Origin: the human T2T-CHM13v2.0 reference genome, Homo sapiens
Reading direction: 5' to 3' (one strand)
Length of the DNA: 64,000 nucleotides
Assembly: GCF_009914755.1 (NCBI RefSeq)
Contig: NC_060927.1
The notes under the pieces were generated by a model. It had not been told where the DNA came from, searched no databases, and saw nothing but the letters and a program-made list of their open reading frames with translations. Made by a program: the position numbers and the translations under genes. Positions 25,961 through 38,560 of this stretch are shown one piece after another. Every line of letters begins with the position of its first letter. Positions within the stretch are counted from its first letter, which is position 1.

Positions 25961-28583
25961 TGTTGCTGCTGTATTTGAGGTTCATTTAAGCAAATGCTTA
26001 CTGAGCACTCACTGTGTGTCATCACTGAAATAGGAAATGGCAATAAAAAAATGTCCTTGTTCTTGAGGAGCCATGGAAGTGAATAAGAAGCCTCTTTTTA
26101 GAAGAAATTCAAAGGTTGCAAAACTAGAAAAGTGGGTCTTTTGCACCCTACCAGCAGGAAATGTTGTCTATAAAAGATAGTGTCCACCCATGTCAACTTT
26201 CAGTTCTGTTGTCGGCCTAAATTGGCAACTCTCTGCTTCTGCAATAGTGGCCTTGCTTTCATTTTGGAAGAAAGTTGGCTGCAGGTAGGAGTAGAAATGC
26301 CTATCTAGTAGCTTTGGTTTTTCTCCAGGACCTGACTTGATTATCTCACTGGTTGCTTTTAGGAGAAAGCACCCACTGTTGGCTTCTGTTCTGAAAGGGC
26401 ACCAGGCAAGCATGGAATCCTATCAGCAGAGCAAGCCAAGAGCTCAATAAACTGTTTATTCATTGTTCAAGCTTCTCCACCTATATGGATTATTAGAAGA
26501 AGTATTTCATCTTAGGGTACCCAGATTAGATTATAGATACTTCAAGTATTCTTTAGAATTCACTGAGGGGAAAAAAATATGGAAAGCAGCATCAGTCATT
26601 TGGGACCGTGTTGTTTCCTGATACCAAAATAACCGAAATGAAGAAACTACAATCTGTAAGTTAAAACAGCTGGTTTCCAGCCTGTTAAATAAAAACCAAA
26701 AGGTGTGACGTACATGGCAAAATGGGATAAACCTGGTTTTCTGAGTGGAGGCAGCTATTGATAATTTTACTTTTCTTATAGCTGAAGATGAAGGAGATTT
26801 GAGGTTCTCTGAGAATTAAAATTCGGCTGGAGTTAGCCTAGGGTGAGACCCTCAGAGCTGTCTGTTCATGCCATTGCCTCAAGCCTGTGGACGTTTTTTC
26901 ACCCTGGGGCAAGAAGAGGCTCCAGTTTGCCCAACTGCTGTGTGTGTTCCAGGCCAGTGTCCAGTGAGGCTGACTTGGCAGCTGCCCTTTCCACAGCCAG
27001 CCAGCCAGCCCCTGAGTGTGTTTTAAAAGATAAGCGACAAAAAGCCAACCCCTTTTAGAGGGGCTGGAACAGGCTAGTAGTTGCTAGGCAAGTTAAAGTA
27101 ATTCAGCGTCCTTGCCAAACGTCTGCCAGGCAAATAGGGAACTTTCAGAGAAGGGGAGTGAGATGGTGGTGTGTGTTGGTTGCCATAGGAATGTTTCCCT
27201 GATTGGAACAAGACCACAGAGTGGGGAGAGCAAGACGGCAGCATCTACGGTTCTTTCTGCTCAGGAATGGGAACCCAGAGTGGGCAGTAGAGCGGAGGCA
27301 AGCCATGCAGAGGCAGGAGCAGATGAGACCCTAGATGCCACGAGAAGCTAAACATGTGGGGAAAATAAAGAGCAGATTAACTCAGGAAAATTATATGGGG
27401 AGCTCTTATGCTACTCTGAAGATCTGAGACTCGTTGGAGAATTTACAATCCCAAATTAACTCAGGGAGAATTCCAACTAGACTCTGAAATGAATTAGATG
27501 GAGATTTAAAATAGGGCAATTTAGTGGGAAGAGATACTTAATTTGAAGGTAGGTATTTTGTATTTATGTAAATATTATGTCAGATTATGTCTTTATTTTA
27601 GCTCTTAAGGTAGTAATTAAATATCTGTTCATGAATTATAGTTTTTATCGAGTTCTGATTTATAGGGGGAAAAGGCACAGTTGACCAAATTGTATGAAAC
27701 CTTGGACCTTGAAGAGACCCTCTGATGTGGGCTTTACTGCCGCATTAACAAGCACCCTGTGCATCTGGTGGCAGCTTCCAGAATGACAGCTGAGGGTCTG
27801 AGTGGAAATAAGTGGCTTTTAGCAAATGTTGAACCTCGAATGTGCTATTTAACCTCCCTGATTAATTGATTATCCAGCTCCGAAAATAAGAGGTGATATA
27901 GCTATCCCCTTATCTCAGCATGGATGCTGTTCTCATTTGAATACAATTTGGGGGGTAGGTGGGGGTAGTATCAGATCCTAGGGTACATGCTATGATAATG
28001 ACAGGCTTAATTATCAGTCAGTCAATATTGTTTAGAACAAATGTTTTCTTTTAGATCACAATCTTAAGGAAACCTTTCTTTAACGGATAAAGTTTTACTT
28101 GTGCATATGAAGTGTATATATAAATTTATCATTTGCCATATATTTGATTCATGTTCAGAGGGTATTTAAAATAGTATCTTCTTCAGAATGTATATGTTGG
28201 GATTATATATTGCTGTTTCCTTCTTATGTGGTTTCTTTTTGTGGTCATGTAAAAGAAGACTAAAGGGATGTGATATTTAGTCTCAAATATTTGAATTATA
28301 GTCACTGTTTTATTTCAGGGCTGTTTCCTTCTATCAGTTCCTTTGATCTGGAACACCAATGTCATTTTTACTTTACAGTTGACCGTATGCTGGCTGACTG
28401 ACATCAATTAACTAATCTGAGGCAAATTTGTAAGCCAAATGCCAAATTGTAATTTACTGGGAGAGTATAATCTAATAAGAAAGACTATCCTTGGGCTTTT
28501 CACATGGTGAACCCTAGTGTGATTTTGACAAAGAAGCCCAAGTATATACTACTATAATCTTTTTTTTAAAAAAGTGATGTTCT

Positions 28584-28923
<340 letters not shown>

Positions 28924-28929
28924 CTAGAC

Positions 28930-29757
28930 TAGCATTGTCCAATAAAAATGTAATATAAACCTCAAGTATGAGCTTTATATATAATTTTAAATTTTCTAGT
29001 GGCCACATTAAAAAATAAAAGGAAACATGAAATTAATTTTAACAGTATATTTTATGTTGCTTAATATATTCAAGATATTATTTCAACATGTACAGTTGTC
29101 CCTTGGTATCCATGGAGGATTGGTTCCAGGACTCCCCACAGATACCAAAATCTGTGGATGCCCAAGTCCCTTATATAAAATGAAGTATTTGTATATAACC
29201 TGTACACATCCTCCCATATATTTTAAATCATCTTTAGATTACTTAAAATACCTAATACAATGTAAATGCTATGTAAATAATTGTTGTGTTGTATTATCTG
29301 TATTATTTTTTGTTGTATTTATTTAAAAATATTTTTACTGGGCAGTTGCATATGTAGAACCCATGGATATGGAGGGCTGACTGTAATTAATATAACTATT
29401 AATGAGATATTTTGCATTTTTAAAATACGAAGTCTTGAAAGTCCTATTGAGATGTGCTGTAAGCATATTTTTACACTTACAGCACATCTCAATTGGGACA
29501 CTGAAGTTTCATGGACAATACTTGATCTGTACTTAGATTAAAACTTACAGTAGAAAAAGTAGATTCACATATCCAAGTCATTCCAAACATGCATATCAGT
29601 TGTCCAGTAACTGAATCAGTGTCCATTTCTAAATTTAAATTTAACTTTAATAAAATTAAATAAAATTTAAAATAAAATTTGGTTTCTTATTCACATTAGC
29701 CACGTTTTAAGCACTCAGTAACCCCCTGTGGAGTGGCTGCCATGTTGGACAGCACAG
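28930..29757. mobile_element. MER33/Charlie5-type hAT element interrupted by MER2
   Basis: Termini agcattgtccaata ... tgttggacagcacag. Internal MER33 motifs (ttacacttacagcacatctcaatt). Confidence 0.75.
29093..29383. mobile_element. MER2 (Tigger-type MITE) nested at a TA
   Basis: TA|cagttgtcccttggtatccatgg ... ccatggatatggagggctgactg|TA. Confidence 0.88.
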
Positions 29758-31461
29758 AAAGGACTGCTTTCTCTAGCCTTTTCCTTCACTTCCACATGTC
29801 TCAGATTGGAAGACCTGTGTGAGAACTCGGATGGGAAGAGAATCTCATTTCGTAAGTGTGGAACCACAGACAAAGAGTTGATGTTCTTAAAAGGAAGTTT
29901 CCATTCAGGCTATATTAGAACCTGCCTGGCAAGGAGTTATCTGTCTGGTAAACCACACTATCTCCACCCTTGTTCCTAGATACACCCCTCATTGTCTCCC
30001 CAATAGATAAAATCATGCCAACCTTGACAGTCTGCCTCCCTCAGGCTCCTCTTGTCTTCCACTCCAGGCTGGCTCATTTCCATTATGTCAGTGTATTTCC
30101 TGGTTATAGGCCCCCTTTATCTTTCTCATTGTTTCAATTTCCACATTTGGCCTTAATTTCTATGATACCTTAGTGTAGCATTCAAATGTTTAAATTCCAG
30201 TTTAGTTCTTAATTAAGATCATGTATATCAAGGTCAATGTTGTTGATTTATGTTAATTTGAATAAGAAACATTTCCTTTGCCCCTTGCTCCAGATTTCTA
30301 GAGTGGCTGGGCCGAGAAACTTTACTTCCTGTTCACCTAGGTAGGTATCTTGCTTTGGGCAAATCAGGATTCTTGAATATAATCACTCTGTGGTGAATCA
30401 GACCTGTGAAACTTAAAGAACTTATCTGTTCCCTAAAGAGGAAGAATTAAGAAATATCAGGTGGATGGATAAAGACTTAGCCTTGCCAGAAGTTTTGCCC
30501 CACACCTTGCTTGGGTCTGAAACTTGGTTGGTACATAGTATAACAGTAACTCTATCACTCATAGGTTAAAGAGCACAGAAGTCTGTCATTTTCTCTTGGG
30601 TACCTGGCACTTGCAAGGGACATCACTGATAAAATTCATCCACTCTGTTTTGAATATATCAAGTGAAAAGCACTTACATTGCTTTTTCAGGTCTGGAGAA
30701 TGATGACCTTAGAATGGGCCCTTGTTCAAGACAATTCCAAGTCCTCCCTTAGCAAGAAAGTTAGCTTGGAAATTAGGAAATAAATATTTGACCTGTCGAA
30801 TCATTTTAAATTAACCTGAATAGAAATGCATATTGTGTTCCTTCCTCATTACCATCAGAATCAAATCATTTTAGAGACAGCTAAGGCTTCGTGGAAAGAG
30901 GATCTTTATTGCCTGTAAAATAAAGAGGATCTTTATTGCCTTTATTGGGACTGGATGCCAGTCCCAAGTCTCTTGGCTGCAAGGACTGTGACATCAAGAA
31001 AGCCATTGAATTGTTCTTGGCCTCACTTCTCACCTGTCAAGTGAGAACATTAGACTAGATGATCTTAAGGCCTTTTGGTCATCACATAGTTTGATCATCT
31101 ACTCTAATCCCATGGTTTCTTGGGTGAAGAAACAAAGGCCTGCAAAGTTACTTCCTAAGATCCCACAGCAAGTGTGAGGCTGGTCTCTGGTTCTCCGTCA
31201 TGCTCTGTCTACTTCAGGAAACTTCATTGTTCACTTAGAGGTTAAGCTTGAACCAAGTAAAAATACCCAGATGGATAGCTGATTGTCTGTTCTTCCCATA
31301 ATGTCATTTTGTCTGCTCATATATTGAGGTTGTTGGCCAAACACCTAAAATCCATAGGTTACCTGTTAATTTTTTGCCTCCTTAATATAGCCGGCCAGTA
31401 ATTCAGGTCAGATACCTCTCTGGCATAAAGTCCCCAATGACCTCCTATTTAAAACAAAACA

Positions 31462-31770
31462 GGCTGGGCACAGTGGCTCACGCCTGTAATTCCAGCACTT
31501 TGGGAGGCTGAGATGGGTGGGTCACTTGAGGCCAGGAGTTCAAGAACAGCCTGGCCAACATGGTGAAACCCTGTCTACCAAAAATACAAAAATTAATTGG
31601 GTGTGCTGTTGTGCACCTGTAATCCCGGCTATTCAGGAGGCTGAGGCACAAGAATCGCTTCAATCTGGGAGACAGGGGCTGCAGTGAGCATCGAGATCGT
31701 ACCACTGCACTCCAGCCTGGGTGACACAGCAAGACTCCGCACCCACACCCCCCCCCCCAAAAAAAAATAA
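31462..31770 (+). mobile_element. AluS (Sz/Sx-like)
   Basis: Full Alu. Degenerate TSD aaac(a/g)aaaca. Confidence 0.92.
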
Positions 31771-32074
31771 ACGAAACACTAAATTAGTTCTTTGCTGGTG
31801 AAAATGCATGGTAACAAAAGAAAAAGCAGTAGCTGGGATGCAGAGTTAAATTTGCTCAAATATTTTCCATTAAAACAATAACTACCATAAACCCAGAGTA
31901 GCTGCTCTGGTTGGAGGCCAACTTTCAAGTGTTGGAGCATCACTCACGGACAGGAAGCAGAGCCTGACTTTCCTGGGAAGGCTTCTTTTAGCTGGGGCAA
32001 ACCTAGGGACTTTCATTCTCCTTTAGCCTTTCATTCAATGAAAAAGGCCAAGAATGCCAAGGAAAGGAAACTTG

Positions 32075-32262
32075 TTGATTGTCTATTATATACCAGGCAT
32101 GCTAAGTATTTTATATATAGTGGCTCATTTAATTCTGTAACCACCCTGTGAATAGATAGGTATTATTTCCATATTACAGATCAATAAAAGTTGTGTAGCT
32201 TGTCTAGGGCTACACAATAAGTGATCAGGGATTTTACTTAGCTCTAAAATCTGATTACTTTC
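32075..32262 (-). mobile_element. MIR abutting the long hairpin
   Basis: tataccaggcatgctaag...ctcatttaattctgtaaccaccctgtga...ccatattacagat. Confidence 0.7.
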
Positions 32263-32751
32263 TAAATGTATTATTTGCAAAAAAAGTCCTTTAATATTTT
32301 TGCTTTTAGTCTTCAAAAGATCGCTGATGCAGGTTAACAGCCTCTGCTTGTTAACAAAATTTACTCAATTACCGTATCCACCTTTCATTTTAGGCCGTAA
32401 TTTATGTTGGTGCTGACAGAGTGATATCAGGTGTCCTCAAATCCAGTGGAAACAAAATGAAATCACCGGGCTCTACATATTATCTGCTATTGACTATTAG
32501 TGGAAAGTAATCAGATTTTAGACAATAGCAGATAATATGTAGAGCCCGGTGATTTCATTTTGTTTCCACTGGATTTGAGGACACCTGATATCACTCTGTC
32601 AGCACCAACATAAATTACGGCCTAAAATGAAAGGTGGATACGGTAATTGAGTAAATTTTGTTAACAAGCAGAGGCTGTTAACCTGCATCAGCGATCTTTT
32701 GAAGACTAAAAGCAAAAATATTAAAGGACTTTTTTGCAAATAATACATTTA
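32263..32751. repeat. Near-perfect 230-bp inverted repeat with a 30-nt spacer (arms 32263-32492 and 32523-32751)
   Basis: Base-by-base reverse complement is identical except A7 versus T6. Confidence 0.99.
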
Positions 32752-32963
32752 CATACATATCCACTAATCGGCATTGTTGGTGAGTGGCAAAAGGTGTGTG
32801 AATCTTAAGTCAAATTTAACTTTCAGAAGTGGTGCTTGCACTTTTTGGGTAAAATACAGTGCTATCATTTTGGTTTTTAAGAAATCCTGTTGTTTGGGCT
32901 TGTGGTTCTGTCTTTTATCCTTTGGGTAGATGAAGGGATGACATTTGCATTCAGTGTCCCTCC

Positions 32964-33484
32964 TGTTCCAGTTAATTGGTGCTGCATAACAAACCACTCC
33001 AAAACTTAATGTCAGCAACAACCATGTGTATTTGACTCATGAATCTGCAATCTGGCCAGGGCTCAGCAGGGACAACTCATCTCTGCTCGCCTCAGCATCA
33101 GCTGGGTTGGCCTAGAGGCTGTGGGTTAGAATCATCTGAAGCTAGCCCACTTACATGTCTGGAGCCTAGCTGGGAAGACAGACAGCTGGGCTCCTCAGGC
33201 ATCTCTGTTTGTGGTCTCTCCAGCATGATAGCTTCAGGGTAGACAGACTTCTGTACCAGTTCACTGCTCAGCACATGACCCAAGAGAAAAAAAAGCAGGA
33301 ACCTTTCATGATCTACCTTAGGAAATCAGACAGCATCACTCCACTATGTTCTATTAAACTGAAGCAGTTACAAAGGCCACTTAGGTTCCATGGGAGTAGA
33401 AATAGATTCCATCTCTTGATAGGGAAGTGAAAAGTTTCTCACAATCTTGCAGTGGCCACTATTGGAAGATATAGACTGCTACAC
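32964..33484 (-). mobile_element. MLT1H-type MaLR solo LTR
   Basis: tgctgcataacaaaccactccaaaacttaatg...ctcatgaatctgcaatctggccagggctcagc. Confidence 0.75.
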
Positions 33485-34016
33485 AGATAAACGAGATTGC
33501 AGGTAATGTGCTGGTGCCCAAACCAGATGCATCTCTGGGCCTTTCTCTTCAGACCAAGGGAGCATATTGGCATTAAAATGGAATATAATCTATCCATTAT
33601 AATTTAACTGACATAACTTATACTTTTCAAGAAAATTATCTGAAAATTTATGACACTCTATCTACTGTTAAAAAGAAATTACTTATGAAATACCAATGGA
33701 TTAGGCTAATGTGGTAGATGGTTGAGTCTTTCCCTAAATTTTTCATCATTTTTGAGCTGGTGTCTGTTTAGTGTTCCTGAATTGTCATCAGGTTTCTGCT
33801 TTTCTACCTTGTGTGCAGAGGTAAACAGCTGAATATTTATGTAAACAGCTTTGTATAGAAACTTTTCCGTTTAAAACTAAAAAGGGAAGGCAATTGCACT
33901 TAAGATTGAATGTTTCCTGAAGGGGTTGTTTCAGCATTTTACAGCAGCTGCTGCCTCCTCTTTTGGAGATGAAATTATTATTCAAGACACATTTCTCAAC
34001 GTTTACAAACTTAGTA

Positions 34017-36290
34017 CACGCACACCTTATTTTATTATGCTTCACTTTATTGTGTTTTGCAATTTTTATAAATTGAAGGTTTATGGCAACCCTGCATTGG
34101 GCGAGTCTATCAACACCTATTTCCAACAGCATGTGTTTAATTCATGTCTCTGTGTCACATTTTGGTAATACAATATTTCAAACTTTTAAATTTTATTATA
34201 TCTCGTATGGTGATCAGTGATCTTTGATGTTACTACTATAATTGTTTTAGGGCACTGTGAACCATGCCCATATGAGACAGCAAATTGATAAATGTTATGT
34301 GTGTTCTGACTATGCCACCAACCAACGGTTCTACTTCTGTCCCTCTCATTGGGCCTCCCTATTCCCTGAGACACAACAATATTAAATTCGACCAATTAAT
34401 AACCCTAAAATGGCCTCTAAGTGTAGGAAGCCTTGTTGAAAGCCTAAAGGCCAAAACAAAAGCTAGGCCTCTTGCATCAGCGAGACAAGTTAGGAATGCA
34501 AAGCAAAAGTTCTTGAAGGAAATTAAAAGTCCTACTCCAGTTAACACACAAATGATAAGAAAGCAAAACAGCCTTACTGCTGATAGGGAGAAAGTTTTAG
34601 TGATTCAGATATATATAGAGAGAGTGAGAATATATAGAAGATAGATAGATAGATAATATATAGAGAGAAGATTAAATCAGTCACAACATTCCCTTAAGCC
34701 AAAGCCTAATCCAGAGTAAGGTACTAACTCTTTTCAACTCTCTGAAGGCTGAGAGAGGTGAAGAAGCTGCAGAAGAAAAATGGAAAGCTAGCAGAGGTTG
34801 GTTCATTAGGTAAGAGGAAAGAAGCCATCTCCATAACAGAAAAGTACCAAGTGACGCAGCAAGTGCTCATGGAGAAGCTGCAGCAAGTTATCTAGAAGAT
34901 CTAGCTAAGATCATTAAACACTAAACAACAAATTTTCAATGTAGATGAAACAGGCTTCTGTTGGAAGAAGATGACATCTAGGACTTTCATAGCTAGAGAA
35001 TAGAAGTCAATGCTTGGCTTCAGTGCTTCAGAGGGCAGGGTGACTCTCTTGTTAGGGGCTAATGCAGCTGATGACTTTAAGTTGAAGCCAATACTCATGT
35101 ACCATTCTAAAAGTTCTAAGGTCCTTAAGAATGATGCTAAACTATTATTGCCTGTGCTTTATAAACGGAACAACATAGCCTGGATGACAACACATCTGTT
35201 TATAGCATGGTTTACTGAACGACTTAACCCCACTGTGGACACTCACTGCTCAGAAAAAGAAGATTCCTTTCAAAATATTATTGCTCATTGACAATACACA
35301 TGGTCACCCAAAAGCTCTGAGGGGGATGTACAAGGAGATTCTTGTTTTCATGTCTGCTAATGCAACATTCATTCTGCAGCTCTTGGGTCAAGGAATAATT
35401 TCAACTTTCAAGTCTTATTATTTAAGAAATTCATTTCATAAGGCTATAATTGCCATAGATAGTGATTCTTCTGATGGATCTGAGCAAAGTAAATTGAAAT
35501 CCTTCTGGAAAGGATTCAGCATTCTAGATGCCATTAAGAACATTCGTGATTTATGGGAAGAGGTCAAAATATCAACATTAACAGGAGATTGTAAGAAGTG
35601 GATTCCAATCCTCATGGATGACTTGGAAGAGTTTAAGACTTCAGTGGAGGAAGTCACTGCGGATGTAGTGGAAATAGCAGGAAAACTGGAATTAAAAGTA
35701 GAGGCTGAACATATGACTGAATTTCTGCAATCTCATGATAAAACTTGAAGGGATGAAGAGTTGCTGCTTATGGATGAGCAAAGAAAGTGGTTTCTTGAGA
35801 TGGAGTCCACCCTGGTGAAGGTGCTGTGAACATTATTGAAATGACAACAAAGGATTTAAAATATTACATAAACTTAGTTGATGCAGCAGCAGCAGCAGGG
35901 TTTGAGAGTATTGACTCCAATTTTGAAAGAAGTTCTGTGGGTAAAATGTGGCAAACTTTATTGTTTAAGAAATTGCCACAGCCACCCCAAACTTCAGCCA
36001 CCACCCTGATCAGTCAGCAGTCATCAACATTGAGGATCCTCTACCAGCAAAAAGATTACAACTCACTGAAGGCTCAGATGATCATTAGCATTTTTAGCAA
36101 TAAATTATTTTTAATTAAGGTATGTACTTTTTTTAGACATGTTATTGCACACTTAATAGACTACAGTAATGTGAACATAACTTTTATAGGTACTGGGGAA
36201 ACAGAAAATCTGTGTGACTCACTTTATTGTGATATTCACTTTATTATGGTAGTCTGAAACTGGACCTGCAACATCCCTGTGGTATGCCTG
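34017..36290 (+). mobile_element. Near full-length Tigger1 DNA transposon
   Basis: TA|cacgcacacctt... and ...ggtatgcctg|TA termini. Transposase remnants in ORFs 34285, 35010 and 35281. Confidence 0.95.
35010..35748 (+). pseudogene. Frameshifted Tigger1 (pogo-family DDE) transposase remnant
   Basis: RVTLLLGANAADDFKLKP, LIDNTHGHP and QLLGQGII (decayed QPMDQGVI), with stops and frameshifts. Confidence 0.9.
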
Positions 36291-36346
36291 TAAGGAAGAT
36301 CATATGCCATTTGTCTTTCTGTGCCTGGCCTATTCACTTAACATAA

Positions 36347-36788
<442 letters not shown>

Positions 36789-37175
36789 CAGAGTTTTCTT
36801 TTTTAAAGCTGAATACTATTCTATATATATATACAGTATAGATTATATATATATGTATAAAATCTCACATTTGTGCATTCTAGTTATCTTTTAAAAATAT
36901 ATTTCTAATATTGCATTGTAAGGGAATGTTGGTATATCAGTCCTTTGCAATTTATTGAGGTTTTCTTTATAGCTTAGTCAGTTTTCAGAGTTAATATTTC
37001 ACTAATTATTGTATTCAATATTCTATATATGTTCTATACATCTAAAAGTTAATTATGCTATTTAAATCTTTTTACTGACCTTTTTTTATCTGCTGAAGTT
37101 ATCAATTACTAGGAGAGTTGTACTGCAGTTTCTCCCTCTGGTGATGGATTTGTCTATTTCTCTTAATTGCCATGT

Positions 37176-37268
37176 GTGATATAATAAGAAATATATATTT
37201 GGTCACTGCCCTCAGTTTCTGACACAGAGCTCCTAAAATGCTTGTAATTTCCTGAGTAATAGGGGTGC
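37176..37268. mobile_element. MER21-like LTR fragment
   Basis: tgtgatataataagaaatatatatttggtc...cacagagctcctaaaa. Confidence 0.6.
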
Positions 37269-37354
37269 TTATTAACGCTATTTCTTTCCCCCTCTCTTCT
37301 TGCTGTCTCTTGTTTTTTTTTAAATTATTATTATTTTTATGATAAAAGATTGTT

Positions 37355-37567
37355 TTGTTTCAACAGCTTTAGGAGTACAAGTGGTATTTTTGGCTACATG
37401 GATGAGCTGTAGAGTGGTGAAGTCAGTCTGGATTTAGTGTAACTGTCACCTGAATAGTGTGCATTGTACTCAGCAGGTATTTTTTCATCCCTCACCCCCA
37501 TCCCAACCTCCCCGCTTCTGAGTCTGTAGTATCCATTATACTACTCTGTCTGCCTTCGCATACCCAT
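37355..37567 (-). mobile_element. L1PB/L1MA 3' end fragment
   Basis: caacagctttaggagtacaagtggt...tacatggatga...gtggtgaagtc. Confidence 0.7.
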
Positions 37568-37999
37568 CTTGCTGTCTTTTGAATTGATAAGTCTTTCTTC
37601 CTCACTCCAAGTCCCCCCTACCTGTTTAGAGGTTGTTTGCTCTATGTCTGTCTGCTTCCTTAGTAGCTGCTCCTGCTATTTTAACAGGCATCCTTTAAAA
37701 AAAAAATCTCTATTTGAATATGCTCCAAAATTCAAAGACATATCTCTCTGGCTTTTCTATTTTTCCTCCACAAATTACACATTTTTCTTATAGTTTTAAA
37801 CAATGTTTTTCTTTTCCCATCTGTTTATCAATATCTTCTCTCATTGTTACTTTCTTCCATTTCGAGGTTTTCATCTGCTATCGTTTTTTTTTTTTTCTTT
37901 CTTTCTGCAGTACGTACTTTAGAATTTCCTTTAGCGGGTCTTTCTCTCTTCTAATAGCAAACTCCGTAATAGACATCAGTGATAACAGAGATAAATAAG

Positions 38000-38560
38000 G
38001 CTCACTCCCATACAATATGTAATTGCAATGTAAACTAAGTACAAAATTAGAGGTTAGGACAAAGTGTTGAGAGCACAGAGAGGGGAGACTAACTCTAGAG
38101 AGTGAGGAGAGCGTCTCAGGAACAATAAGTGTACATTAAATTATGGAAGGCTATGAGTATATTCATGGAACATTCATCAGCTCAGTGGGCTGGAGCTTAG
38201 GCGCGGGTTGGTGCCAGATGGAGCTAGAGAGGTGAATTAGCTAGATGGTGGGCTGTGACGAGCCTTAAATGCCAAATTGAATGCAACAGGGAATTGGGGG
38301 AGGTTTTAGGCCGGGGACTGGCATGATTAGATGCATTATTTAGAGGTAAACTGTGTGACTGCATGGAGAGCCATGAGCTGCAATAGTCACCTGAGAGGAA
38401 GCTGAGTAACTAAAGCAAGGCAAAGCAAGGATAATGAAGAGAAGAAAAGAAATTTTAAAAGACATTCGTGCGGTAAAATCTTAACAGATTCAAAGTGTAG
38501 AGCACTGGAGGATGTACTCCAGGGACTCTAATTTGGAGGACCAGCAAGCTTGAAAGCACA
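38000..38560 (-). mobile_element. L2 fragment
   Basis: Purine-rich L2-like text (ggctggagc...agccttaaatgccaa...gttttaggccggggactggcatgattagat). Confidence 0.5.

Noticed and set aside
35010-36257. Domesticated TIGD-like transposase gene
   Set aside because: Multiple stops and frameshifts and a decayed QPMDQ catalytic motif mark an ordinary Tigger1 fossil.
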